From: Raillietiella orientalis
Taxonomy: Eukaryota
Assembly: GCA_036172245.1 (NCBI GenBank)
Contig: JAYWIR010000028.1
Location: forward strand, 2,852,001 to 2,916,000
Length of the DNA: 64,000 nt
Reading direction: 5' to 3'
Position 1 is the stretch's first letter; every line of letters starts with the position of its first letter. The notes below the pieces were generated by a model, which searched no databases, was not told the DNA's origin, and was given only the letters and a program-made list of their open reading frames with translations. A program made the translations under genes and the position numbers. Shown here in pieces: positions 35,541-48,299 of this stretch.

Positions 35541-38387
35541 CCCGACATCCGCAGGCTAACGGAATGCAAAGCATGAGCCGGGAGGCAAGCCTGGCAGTCC
35601 GAATCGGCCAGCTTGCTGGACGATCAGGGCCAGGAGTACTCGGCACCCACTCAGATCCGCGGCCTGCTGCGGAGTTTTTATTCCTCCCTGTTCGCCAGAA
35701 CTCCTGCCGAGCGGGCTGTCTCACGACTCCTGCTCCCGGAAGGCGCTCCAGCGATCGAAGAGAGGAGAGAAAGTCCCTCGACAAGCATTTCACGATAGAC
35801 GAGATCTTCTCGGCCCTCGGAAAGCTCAAGAGGCTCAAGGCTTCAGGGGAGGACGGCCTGCCCAAGGAGTTTTATCAAACTTTCGCGGCTGAGCTTACCC
35901 CCCTGGTACATCAACTCACCTGGATGATACGAGAAACAGGTGACGTTCCCGCCTCGTTTCGTTCGGTGAAGGTGCGGATTCTCACTAAGGGAGGAGGAGA
36001 TCTGAGGAGCATGAACAACTGGCGTCCGATCACAATAGTGAATGCGGACGCCAAGTTGCCAGCGAAGGTTTGGGCAGAGCGTTTGGGACGGCTTGCAAAC
36101 GCCTTTATCAGCCCGGAACAGACATATGCTGTTCCCGAAGGAAGCATGGAGGTGAACCTGTTCCACGCTTCCACGTGGCTAGATCTCCAACATGAAAGGG
36201 GCTTGATGCGCAGCCGGAAGTCCGTCAGCCATATGTCGGATGGTTGGGTGGGAGAGGGAGCCCTTGCGGTCGCTGTCGACTTGCGCTAAGCATTCGACAG
36301 CGTCAACCAGAATCTCCTGCTGAAGCTTCTGGAACGCTTGGACTTCCCTGCCTCATTAGTTGCCTATCTGCGCTCCAGCTGGCGCGACGCGTTAATCAAT
36401 CTTGCTTTCAGCAAACAGACCGTGCACGGCGTGCCGGTGAGGCGTGGGATACGGCAGGGAGACAGCCTTAGTCCCTTGCTCTTCAGTACTCACTTCGAGT
36501 TGGTACTGATAGTCTACAGGGAAACTCTAGCACACCTGCCACACGACTGCCCCGGCACGCCTGCGGTTTCAGCGTACGCGGAAGACCTGCTGCTGCTGCT
36601 CTCTGTGTCCACCCCGGCTTCGGCGGTCGAGGAGTTCTTCGACCTGCTCAGTCGGGGAACCAGGCTTACGGTGAACAGAGCAAAGTCGTCCGTGATGCCT
36701 GTTGGTGCGGCGTGAGCACGGCAGCAGGACTGGGTCCGTTTGGGGATCCCCACGGTGAGGTAATTCAAGTACCTTGGTGTGCCGTTGGGAGACTATTCCC
36801 CTGCGAAAGCGTGGTCCGGTTGCCTCCAAAAAGTAGAGACGGCGATTGGCCCGTCTCGAGGCGGCAGGTTTTTTCCTGTCTGAACGGGCCGCGGTTTGGA
36901 ACACGTTCGCGGCTCCTCTCCTCCGCCCCCTGCTTTTTGTTCGCCCCCCCCCCCACAGAGAGGATAACAAAGCGGACGAAGGACCTCCTCCGTATCGCCC
37001 TTTGGGGCAACGCGGGGGCCCGAGTTCGCTTAAAGGACTTGTGCGCTCCGCGTCGGGACGGTGGTGTTGCCCTCCTGACGCTAAAGCGCGTGGAAACACA
37101 GCTGTGATGGCGAACCCTCGCTATCGCAGCGAAGCTGTGGAGCACCCCTTGGTGCATTCCAGCCCGCCTCCTCGCCAGCCGTGTGTCCTTGTGCGAAGCA
37201 CTCGCGTCTTTTCTTCTGAGCCGAGGCCCGAAGATCCGAAGATGAGGCCTACTGCTCGGGAGCATGGCAACCCTGGCGGAGGAGAACAGCTGGATGGCTT
37301 GCAGCTCCGCCAACTCCTCCGCCTGGCTGGAGGAGAACATCGGCACCTGGGCTGTTGTAAACCGGAGAAGCCACGAGTCGTGGAATCGTCTCCGATGCAG
37401 CCCCTACGCCCGCTGCACGCTGCGGAATCTCCTGGAGAGTCCCGCTAGAAGCACGTGGGCAGAGACAACATGCCTTGCTACGGCGCTGCCCTTCCTGAGG
37501 AGGGCGCTTCACAGCAGCCGGAGGCCAAGGTGGCAAGTGTCCTGCTGCATCGCGGGACGGGAGAAGATGATGAGCTGCTGGACCATGAATCAACTGGCGG
37601 ACGCCACGACCCCGAGCGTCCGATCGCTTGGTATATTGAGATGAGGAGAGCTGCTCGCCATTCCCAGGGATGAGCTGAAGTGGCCCCCGGCATTGAGTAA
37701 ATCCAGGATCCTGCCACTTAAGTGGCAAGAGTCGGCGTTGCTTCTGTTGCACTGGGGTCTACCCTGCAACGCACGCCGCTTCCACTGGACAAGGGGAGCT
37801 GTGGATCCTGCGTGTGCCAGGTCCGGGGAGCGGGAATCGCTCCTCCACCTTATTGTGGACTGTGCTGCCCTCAGACCCCTTTGGGAACGGTTCGGGACGA
37901 CCCTCGGTCTCCCTACGGGCAGTATCCCCAGAGACGTTCTCCAGCTTCTCTTCCCCTTCTTTTTGCAGCCAGCCGCAGCCCTCGCAGCCCTGTGCTGCGT
38001 CCGAGGCATCGTGGCGGCCTAGAGCGACGCCAACAGCAAAGATCGGGCCATGGACGAGAGGGACGTCATCCCATATGCTGTCCGCTTCATGCGGAGAGCT
38101 GCCGGGAGGCCCCAACTGGGAAATATACGGATGGACCTCGAGGGCTTCCTTCAACGAATGGGCCCTCCTCACAGCGAGTAGTGATCATTCCCCTGCCCCC
38201 AAACTTCTTTTTGTTTGTTTATTTTGATTTTTCTATTTGTTTTCTCCCCATCCCCATTCGCTGCTGAGGAATGCTACGCCGGGCTGCGTCCCGGCAGGTT
38301 CCGTGCATATGACCGTGATTGGAGCCATGTACCACGAATTGTAGAGTTTTTTTTTTCAATAGACGCCCGGGCGTACCCGGGTGAGAA
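35541..38387 (+). mobile_element. Tx1-like LINE ORF2 (linker, RT, CCHC) plus 3' UTR, decayed (E8; probably the continuation of E6)
   Basis: SGEDGLP, NWRPITIVNADAK, DLR*AFD, RQGDSLSPLLF, YAED, KYLG, LKWQESALLLLHWGL, CARSGERESLLHLIVDC. Terminal hairpin at 38358-38387. Confidence 0.92.
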
Positions 38388-41300
38388 CCCCGAGGTCTCG
38401 CAGAGAGTTTTCCAAAGCATGAGAGATTGTGCCGAAGGCTAAGAGGCCTCATGCGGTCGCCTTCGTGACTCAAAAGCCTCGCATCATGGCCTCGGCGAGT
38501 GACGAGGAGTGCGGATGGCGGGAGGGTGCGCAGCGTTCGATTCGACCAGGAAGGGCGAATCGTCCAACTTGTACTCAAGTGGTTAGATTCTGGTTTAGAG
38601 GCATTCTGAAAGTGTCGAGTTCTTCCGCATTCTGGAAAGCGGATGGCTGAGGAACTCCGGAGTCAGAGTGGCCCATCTCGTCGCAGAGGAATTCAACATC
38701 CACCTGTTTTCTAACGAGACGAGGTCAATGGCGGAACGGTTGCGGGTGGAAGAGGCATGAGCGTCGGTGCACGAGCGTAACTTGGAAGCCGGCGAGCCTG
38801 GACTGGAAAGGAGCGTGAATCACATCTACCTCGATGAACACCTACTCTCACGAGTGGGAAGGATAGGCAGGGTGCCGTCCACGTTATCGGACCATGACAG
38901 GCTGCTGTTCGAGCTGTCCTTGACGTGCAAGGGACATCCGAACAATGTTTGGAGGATGCCGGAGGAATGTTGCAGTCATATGGAGGCGGCGGAGCATCTT
39001 CGCCAGTTTCTTGGAGGCTGTTCCATTCGACAACTCACAGACTGGGACCATCTTAAAAGATCGGCTCGCGAGTTTTGCGACCGGTTCCCCCTGCGCCTGA
39101 TACCGCGCGGCTTCGGGAAAGGCGTGGCCAATAGCAGAGAATTTCTGCAGGCGCGCTCCTCCTCTAGAAGTGCGGAAGTCTGGCACCTCGCAGAGTGCAA
39201 GGCGATGGCCGAGAGCCAGGTCTGGCAGTCTGGAGCGGCTATTCTGCTCGACGACCAAGGCCGGGAATGCACGGCTCCTGCCGACCTACGGCGAGCACTA
39301 AGGCGTCATTTATCCTTGCTCTACGCCAAGTCTCCGACTGAGAGAGTCCTCTCGAAACTACTTCTGCTGCGGGGTGCACACGGCATCGGCGAAGAGGAAC
39401 GCGCTCGTCTCGACGAGCCCTTTACGTTGGAGGAAGTTTCCTCCGCCATTGGAGGACTCAAGAGACGCAAGACGTCAGATGAGGACGGGCTGCCCGCGGA
39501 GTTCTATCAGAGCTTCGCGGCGGAACTCGCCCCATGGTGCTCAACCTCTCGACGCTGATAAATGTGACGGGCGATGTCCCTTCTTCCTTCCGCTCAGCGA
39601 GGGTGCGTCTCCTTCCAAAAGGAGGACATCTGCGGCAACTCAACAACTGGCGTCCGATCACGTTAGTGAACACGGACGTCAAGTTGTTTTCAAAGCTGTG
39701 GGTCACGCGCCTAGGGAAAGTCGGGGAGTCCGTGGTAAGCCCGGAGCAGTCTTACGCTGTGCCAGGTAGGTCCATGGATGCGAACCTCCTTTTCGCGCGC
39801 ACCTGGTGGCAGCTTTAAGAGCGCGTTGCGGCGGACAGCCGAACAGCAGCAAGACCTTCTGCCGACTGCGAGCGCCAGTTCGGATGGACGCAAGAAAGGC
39901 CTGTAGCCTTGGCAGTCGCAGTAGATTTGCAGAAAGCATTCGACTGCGTCAACCAGGAACTCCTCTTGGAGCTCCTGAAGCTTCACGGGTTTCCGAACCA
40001 ACTCCTCTTGTACTTGCACTTTTGCTGGCGCCACGCGCTGACCAGCTTGAATTTCAGTGGCTTCCGCGTGTACGGCGTGACCGTGCACAGAGGCATAGGA
40101 CAGGGCTGAACAGGATACGGGGCAGGGCATAGGGCAGGAACAAGCTGTCCAGCTTGAGCCCGTTGCTCTTCAGCATCTACTCAAGGTGCAGGTTAACTCT
40201 GGCCGTCCTGCCTAGCGCCTCTCCATGCACTCCGTCCGTGGCAGCATATGCTGACGACCTTCTGCTCTTGCTACCCATGTCTAACCCGGCATCTGCAGTA
40301 GAAGATTTCTTCGACTTGCTACGCCGCGAGACGGGACAACGGGTGAACAAGGCGAAGTCGTCGATGGTGGCGGTGGGTGCGACGTGGGTCGGACGGCCTG
40401 ACTGGATTTGCTTGGGGATCCCCACGGCCAGGTACCTGAAGTACTTGGGCGTCCAGTTGGGGACTTCTGCCTGACAAAAGCCTGGTCAGGTCGTCTCCAT
40501 ATGGTGGAGTCGGCGATCGTTGGGTTTCTGGAAGGCAAGTTCCTCCTGCCGGATCTGGGTGCGGTTTGGAACGTGTTTGCGGCCCCCTTTCTCTGCCCCC
40601 TGTTTTTTGTCTGCAGCGTCCCCTTAAGGTTGAAAAAGCGAGTAAAACAAGCATCCTCCGTATTGCCTTTGGGGCAACGGGAGGCCCCGATTCCTGCTGA
40701 AGATGTTATGCTGCCCGTGTCGGGACGGTGGTCTCAGCCGCTTGTCGCTGGAGCACTTGGAAATACAGCTGCGACAGCGCACCATGGCCATCGCAGCAAA
40801 GTTATGGAACACCCCTTGGTGCGTTCCGGGCCGCCTCGTCGCCAACCGTGTCTTCAGGATGCAAGGACTCCTTATCTTCTGTGCTTTGGCTGGAAGATTT
40901 GAAGATGCGTCCTTCTCCTTTGACGCATGGCCTCCCTGTCTAAGGAAAACGGCTGGATGGAATGCAGCCTCGCCAACTCCTCCGCCTGGTTGGAGAAGAC
41001 CATTGGCACGTGGGCGGTAATCAACCGAGACGTGGATACGCTTGCGACGCGGCCCCTACGCCCGCTGCACCCTGCGGCACATACTAGAGTCTTCCGCTGG
41101 AAGCACGTGGGCAAAGACGACCTGCCTGGCTACGGCACTGCCCTTCCTAAGAAGGGCGCTTCACAGCAGCCGAACTCCAAGGTGACAAGTCTCCTGCCGC
41201 ATCGCAGGACGAGAGATGATGAGCGGCTGGACCATGGGACAGCTGGTGGACGCCACGGTTCCGAGTGTCCAACCGCGAGGACTAACAAGATGGGGCGAGC

Positions 41301-42009
41301 TGCTCGGAAACCCGACGGATGACTTGAAGTGGCCCCCAATCTTGAATGGATCCAGGATTCTCTTCCTGAAGTGGCAAGAGTCGGCGCTTCTGCTGTTGCA
41401 TTGAGGACTACCCTGCAACGCGCGTTGCTTCCACTGGACGCAGGGGAGAGTAAAGCCTGAGTGTGCCTGGTGCGGGAAGAGGGAATCTTTCCCCCACCTG
41501 ATAGCTGAATGTGCTGCCCTCCGGCCCCTCTGGGAACGTTTTGGGGCTACCCTGGTGATACCGGATGGCAGCGCCACCAGAGACGTTTTCCGGCTTCTCT
41601 TCGTGCGGGACGCCTCATAGCCAGCCGCAGCCCTGGCAGCACTATGCTGCATCCGTGGTATTGTGGCGGTCTGGAGTGAAGCGGAAGATGAAGATTCCAA
41701 CGTTAAGGTCATCCCGTAGGCTATTCGCTTCTTGCAGAGAGCTACTGGATGGCCCCAGTTGGGTAAATTGGAGAAGACATCCTGCAAAGGATGGACCCTC
41801 CTCTCGGTGGTCTGTGATCCCTTCCCGCTCCTCCAAACTCTTTTTGTTTCCCTTATTTTTTTATTTTTCCCCTTTACCCTTCTATTGCTGAGGAGAGTCA
41901 CCTGGTCTGCGTCCCGGCGTCCCGGCTGGTCTGGTGTTGTGTGGCCGTTAGTGGGGCCTAGTACCACGTGCTTGTAAAGTTTAAATAAACGCCCCGGCGT
42001 ACTCGGGTG
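38388..42009 (+). mobile_element. 5'-truncated Tx1-like LINE (partial APE, RT, CCHC, 3' UTR), head-to-tail after E8 (E9)
   Basis: APE remnant homologous to E6 (NHIYL, LSDHD). Also EDGLPAEFY, NWRPITLVNTDVK, DLQKAFD, YADD, KYLG, CAWCGKRESFPHLIAEC. Terminal hairpin at 41984-42009. Confidence 0.92.
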
Positions 42010-42169
42010 GCCATCTCCATCGTTCCTGGGGGCGACGCCACCGTCGCCCCCTGGCACTCACTGATGGTCGTGTCAGGCAGCAATGCCTGAGCGACCACCG
42101 AGTCACAGAGCACTTCGCAAAGTAGGGCGGGTTCGCAGCACTGAGGAGCTTCAAGAAAACGTGAAAGCC

Positions 42170-42720
42170 CGGACAAGCAAGGCCTTGGACTGCGTCATCC
42201 AGAAGCCTTTTGAGGAACTCTCAGAACTCCTTGATATTCTAAGATGCCTGATTTACTTGCACACTTGCTGGCACTACTCGATAACCGGCATTTTCTTCAG
42301 CGAGTGCCACGTATTTCGAAGGAGATAGGCATCAAGAAAAGCGGCAGCTTAAGCCCTCTGCTGTTCAGTATCTACTTTCAGTTGGTCTTGAAGGCGTGCA
42401 GGCTGATACTGCCGAATCTTTTCCGCTTCTGTCCGTGACCGCCATTTGCAATAATCAACGTGTACTACCTCTTCCTGCCTCCCATATCCACACTGGAAGC
42501 TACGCTCGAAGGCTTTTTCGGGATGGCTGGTTGAAAAGCATCAACAAGACAAGTGCATGGTCGTTCTGGTTGGTTCCAGCCTTGCGCAAGGCGAACCCAT
42601 TGGATCCGTCTCTGCATCTCTACAAGAAGTAAGGGAATTACCGTGGAGTTTTGCTGGTCCTCTTCTGCGCAGCATAAGCGTGCTTGACCTGCCTTCTGAG
42701 GACCCCAGACCCGGTTGCCC
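42170..42720 (+). mobile_element. Highly decayed Tx1-like RT fragment (E10)
   Basis: KALDCV...CWH and GIKKSGSLSPLLFSIYFQLVLKA correspond to motifs in the other copies. Confidence 0.65.
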
Positions 42721-42743
42721 TGAGTTTTTTTTGCTAGTGAAAC

Positions 42744-42822
42744 AAATAAATCTACACTAAACTAGAAACGTAGTTTCTGTGGTCTGTCGAAGCTACGTTT
42801 CTTGTTTTGTGTAGATTTATTT
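42744..42822. repeat. Near-perfect 34-bp hairpin with an 11-nt loop
   Basis: AAATAAATCTACACTAAACTAGAAACGTAGTTTC pairs with GAAGCTACGTTTCTTGTTTTGTGTAGATTTATTT, with two T-T mismatches and one G-T pair. Confidence 0.9.
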
Positions 42823-44349
42823 TTTGTGATCCATCACAGAAGAAAACAAAAATGTTTCAGCTCGGGTGCCTTCGTCGACTCGCAATTCAGCTTAGGAAAC
42901 TTTTCGGAGGATTGGTGATGGGAAGAGGTCTCACAAATAAATAGATCAAGGAGAGCACTGGATGAGGTCACGGGTCTACTAAAAGTGCTTGAAGATAGTG
43001 AAAATCTCGTTGCTGGCTTTTACATCTAGATGGGACTATCTGCAAGTCTTCCTCATGAAGCACACAGCGATATAAGCAGCTTCCCCCTGTTTGGCTCCTT
43101 TGCTGGTTGGCAACTGCCATTGCTTCACCTACTAAGAAGAACGGCACGGCTAAAGATGAGACCGATATGCGTACCCAATTGATCAGTTTTACTACGATGC
43201 TTTGATCTACAAAATCGATGCAGATGCTAAAGTGCAGGTGGATATGAACCACGTGGTCGGCCGATGCAGCGTGAGAATTATTAAACGAGAGATATTGCGG
43301 AAAAGCAGTAATGTTAAGGTTGTTCTATTTGGATCATCACTCCAAATTCACCATCTTTGGAAAGAGCAAACGTTCCAAAATAGATTCGAAAGTTGCGCAA
43401 GTGTGTTCCCATCTGAGTAAAGCTCCTTCTTCTCGTGTTTACCGAAATCGCTGCAGGCACTTGTCAGAGTGCGTAATCTGAAGGAACCACTGATATCTTT
43501 CTTCAAACCATGTTTCTGCTGTTCGTGGTATGCGTTTGGCAGAAGAAAAAAAAAGCTGCAGACGGGAATAAATTGTTCGAAGCAGTTTCTTCCAGTGGAG
43601 CAATCACAGCTTCGTTTAGGACTTGCTAATTCCCATGCGATGCATCTCGTAATTGCACGGACGAAAGGTCTGCATTTCGGAAGTAATTCTCTTTAATCGG
43701 AAGAATTGGAAAATGTCTAAAATGCCGTTTCCCATTGATATCGGAGGTATCGATACGTTCTATGACCATCTGTGAAGCAGCAGCAGCAGCATTTTGGGAT
43801 GTTTGATTTTCTTTCACTGCACTTCATGAATGTTCATCACTCCCGTGAATGTTCTCCATGCACTTTCGTAAGATGTTCATCACGAGACGCTCTTTTTTTA
43901 AAGAGGAAAAATTAGCAAGACGAACAAGAAAATCGGTTTGACTTTCCCTGTGAGAAGACACCGAAATCCTCAAACTCACATGATCAGGTAATTCGAACGG
44001 AACTTCTTCGTGGTTGGTTTTGGAAATCCTTCAGGAATGGGCACTCATTTTCCAGTTTTGCCAAACACGCCATCTCCAAAAGATTCTTCTGCAAGTGTGC
44101 GCATTTGTGGAATCTTTATAAAGTCTTCACCCAGTTGCTCAGAATTAACGCGGGCTGGCTTCCGTGCATGCAGATTTCGTAAATAGGGTATTCCGACCTA
44201 CGCGAAGTGAAGGGAAGAGCTGCTGAAGAAGAAGAACATGGTAAGGAGTGCTTGCATGCATATTACTCGCTAATAGGGAAGGAAGTCCTCTCGTCGGTTG
44301 TAAAAGTTGTGGATGTTGTGTGAATTGCGTCGTATTTCACAGAAAGATA

Positions 44350-46000
44350 TTCTTCAGAATGGGTCACACTTTCTCAGTTGTGAAGTGACGTTCTCCATTT
44401 CCGAAGAGTCAGCTTCCGCGGAAACTCTCTCTCTGTTCGGCAAATACTGCCATGGTTTGCAAGTTGCTGTCGGAATAAAAGTGCCGGAGAATGCGTGCAA
44501 TGGAATTGGTGGCTGCAGGCGATGGCAGCTCGAAATTGGCCAAATGGCTACTCGGGTAATCACACCTCGCGGAAAGACGACGGACAGGGTATGTTGGTGC
44601 CGCAGCGTCCCACATTAGCGTTGCCAAATAGGTGCTGATGAAAGCTTTCTTCCTGGGAGTTTTTATGCTATGCGCGTGTTCCCTGAGTCTGGATGCGAGA
44701 TCATCAGCTCAGATTCTCAATGAGCCATCAGAGTTGGCGGGGAATTCGGACTGATGATGTGCATGTTGAGAGGAGGCTGAACGTTTCTGGAACAGCCTCA
44801 GCAAGTTCATATAAGCAAATGAGGATTTTTCGGCTTTCATTTCTGCTATTTGATTCTGATGGCTAACCTGTTAGCTCACCTTGAGGAGCATTTGCCATCC
44901 CGGCAATCGCAGTTAGCAGTTGACGGTTAGAATAGGTTGCATGAGGGGTACCCTGGCAACTGCGATCGCTGTAATGATTCTAAGGCTCGTAAGATCCATG
45001 GAATGACGGTAGCTATGAAACAGTGATTTCATGGCAGAGAAATTTCAGATAAGCACGGGAGTGAGACCGAAATTTTTTCTTTAGTGGATCTCGAATGCCA
45101 AACTGCTCTTTTCTTACGCAATTTGGTTCGAAATCGTGGACTTTTTTTTTCCAGTTCCTTCATCTCATGGTTTTCGCCCTCACCGTCAACGTGCACACTG
45201 CCGAACGCGCCCCCGGGGGAAAACCCGAAAACTTTGTCTTTGCTTTCGAAAAAGGGCAAGACAGAATTTGCTCCATCGACTTCTTAACTGGCCAGAATGA
45301 GGTGGATAGATCGAGAGAATGTATGATGCAGTGGAGAAAAGGATCTGATACTATCTATTCGTACGCTTGCAATCTCAAATTCAAGGTAATGTGAAGGCAT
45401 TCTATCAAAGCGTATGACAATTGATTTCAGCCTTATTTAGGCGAAATTTACAATGTGACTGTTGAAATAGATGGAACTTTAGATGAATGCGAATGCGAAA
45501 TCACGTGTGGGGAGGAAAATTCGTAAGTGTCCTTTTGTCATTGCATTAGTACACGCTGTTGAAGTCTGCAAGAAGAAACAAATTGTCGATATAGAGGATT
45601 TCCTCAAGAAAAACGAAATTCCCACACCGCATGTCCATGGCACTGAAGTCGTGAACAAATTCCTAGTTTGCGTATTTCCTCAAATACTTGACAGCAGGCT
45701 TGCAAAGCTTCCTTCCTGCACCGAACCTCTTCACACTCTTTTCCATAACGAAGACCGTCGTAGTGTCTCTATGCAGTTTCCATGCTGTTTGAAAAACAGA
45801 GTCCACTGAATCTTCCGAAACATCAGAGCAGTTAAATCTCAACTCACAGCGAGCACACAATTTCGTTCGAAGAGCTTCGTCAATGTTACGCATGCAGCAA
45901 ACGATCGACTCGAACCATTTTTTCCTCAGCGAGATGTCGAATAGCTATAATTCCGTGTTTCGAGTTTCATCAGGACATTGCTCTTGGCGGGCAATGTCTC
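44350..46000 (-). mobile_element. Possible very old L1-clade ORF2 5' half (APE/linker) remnant
   Basis: Weak motifs in the expected order on the minus strand: FLEEILYIDNLFLLADFNSV (GDFN-like), TFSRSIHLIL (SRID-like), IARILRHFYSD (linker-like). Confidence 0.3.
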
Positions 46001-47339
46001 CGTGAAACTCGAGAGATGAAAATGAAAAGCATCAATCCATGCAGGCAGTGGAAACAGACAATCTTATGCACTAACGAAACCCTTCATTTCAGGCAAGTGC
46101 CCAGCAAGCGAATCGGATTAGCGAAAGTACCATTCACTATCATTTGCATTTTCTATTCCGAAAAATGCTCAGTGAAGTTCTCGCGCACATCCTAATGGGG
46201 TGTGCGGGAGGGTGGAATGGAATGAAAATAGGGTGATGTCAATCAGCCTTTGCTGCGAAAAAATAAAATAAAATGAATCCACTTTGTTACTGATGGCTTC
46301 ATAGATTGCTCTTTCATAACATCGCATGCAGAGTCCACGAATCACCTACTGCTGTTGGTATGCTCCATTTAACATCTGCTGGAATTCAGTTTTTTCCTTT
46401 TTCTCACTTGACAGTACAAGTTGAAGTGAAGAAAGAGGGATTCTGTTGAGAAAATCAGTGCTGATTTACATTTATTGGGGTCGCCTTGGTCCATATTGGA
46501 CAGTGAAAAGCTTTTCCTTACAGGTACCACGTAGGAAACGTTTGTTTCCTTTACTCTCGCATCCAAATCCGAAACACCTAAACACACCATTTGGCATTTG
46601 TAGATTTTGAATGCAAGCTGGAAAAGTGTCGGCGCACCTCCACAGAGATGAGGGTAAATTTGCTTACTTCTTGGGACAATGATTTGTGGGAGCTGTCCCA
46701 TATGCAAATCGCAACCGCATGCTTCTCTCATCACCACCTGACTTCGCATTTGACCATCAGTGACGCCTGAGAGCATTTTCCCATGGATCAGAAAACTGTC
46801 GACTCACCAACTCCATTGTGTGCAGATCATGCAGTTTCTGGAAGCTCTCCCCATACGCGACTCCCTTCGGCCGGCGCTCTCGCTAGCAGCCCTTTGCAGC
46901 CCAAACGGGAATGTAGCTACCTGCAGAGACGCAAGAGAAGGGCAAAGAGAGAGGGATGCTATTATCTTCATCGTCCGATCCACGGTGATGACGTGCTGAC
47001 TTTAGCAACATTGCAGGCGCGATTATGCAGCCAAAGTATCAGTTTCCCTTCAAAATGAAAGTGTTTTCACCTCTTGCATGTGTGGAAATCTCTGGTTTAC
47101 GTGGAATGAGGAAGCCACTTATCTTATGACTGTCTGTTGGCGGATCCGGTTTATCAGTTCTGGAGCTGCAAATATTTCCTATTGTTTTGATTCACAGTTA
47201 GATAACAGGTAACAAGGAGAGCTATGATTTTTTCCGGAATTCCTTTTCGGTTCAATTAGGGCATCCTACGTCCCTCAGCATGTTGCTTCCACAGTTTCCC
47301 GTCTTCCGTTTTGCAAGAGTTGACCGCTGGGGTTGACTT

Positions 47340-48200
47340 CTTGCATCTGTTTGTCAGTCTGTCATAAAATATGGGCTGCACAGATGTCTCTGGAGTACTG
47401 TATGCATGGAGCCACTATTGAGATGCCTCATCAACACCAATTACTTTCTCGGTATTTCAAGATCCTGCAGTACTTCCTCGTTGCCTGGATCCCAGACTCC
47501 CAGGGAGTCAACAATGAAAGCATCCACCCTGCAATGCTTTCCTTCTCTGCCTAGATGTAGGGCTACATCCTTGTGCTTTTCCTGTATTGTCCTCCTGGCT
47601 GCGCTGAAGGTCTCTCCTCTACCCTCGTACGGGCAGCAGTCGTCCAGCACTATGAACCATTCTCCTTTGTTTATCACTGAATCTGTCTTAAGATGGAGTT
47701 CATTCCTGGAGCTCTCTAGTTAGTAGACACTAGGGTACACTTTTCTTCATCCACTGAGACCTTGATGATCACCTCTTGGATCGCGTCGTGTTGCACAATA
47801 AACAGATGAAAGTGTCTCCTGCATCTGTTTGATATGCAAGACAACGTGTCGCTTTCTGTACGGCAGCGTCGACACGTACGTTCTTCTGGTTTTATCCTGG
47901 GTCCAGCCCTGAGCCTGATAGAACGTTTATCCAGACTCCGAGGATAAATCTGTAGTCTTCTTATCTCAGATCATCCCCATCGTTGAGGAAGAAGCATGAC
48001 TGATGTGTTTTCGGACAGGGGATTGCCATACGTGTTCCCTTTGCAGTACTCTAACGATGCAAGTAATCTTCCTCGTCTTGGTGCTGTTGAGGATGATGAC
48101 GTTCAGCCAAGAGCCAAAGGTCGACTTGCAATTTCCTGTTCTAGAGATTGCAGTCTGTGCGCTGCAGTAATGCTCTTTCGCGTATCGGGACATGGTGTAT
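47340..48200 (-). mobile_element. Second NeSL/Utopia-type RLE non-LTR remnant
   Basis: GDDLR*EDYRFI, CRRCRTESDTLSCISNRC..HDAI, IVLDDCCPYE, FIVDSLGVWDPGNEEVL and YSRDICAAH parallel the 19-20 kb element. Confidence 0.8.
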
Positions 48201-48299
48201 TCCGTCCGTGTAGTTCCTTTGTCTCTGCTTTGCGCAAACTTTGAAACCTGACCGTTTAGAAGTGAGGAGTTACGGCCACGAGTGCTTGCCATTCCCTGC

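Noticed and set aside
42968..43252. Possible ORF1 remnant (FVDQSIVVKL resembles E7 MDRSVVVHL)
   Set aside because: The similarity is too short to support a feature without an alignment search.
45957..45975. Hammerhead-like core CTGATGA-AACTC-GAAAC on the minus strand
   Set aside because: No stem II and no stem III or cleavage triplet could be formed.
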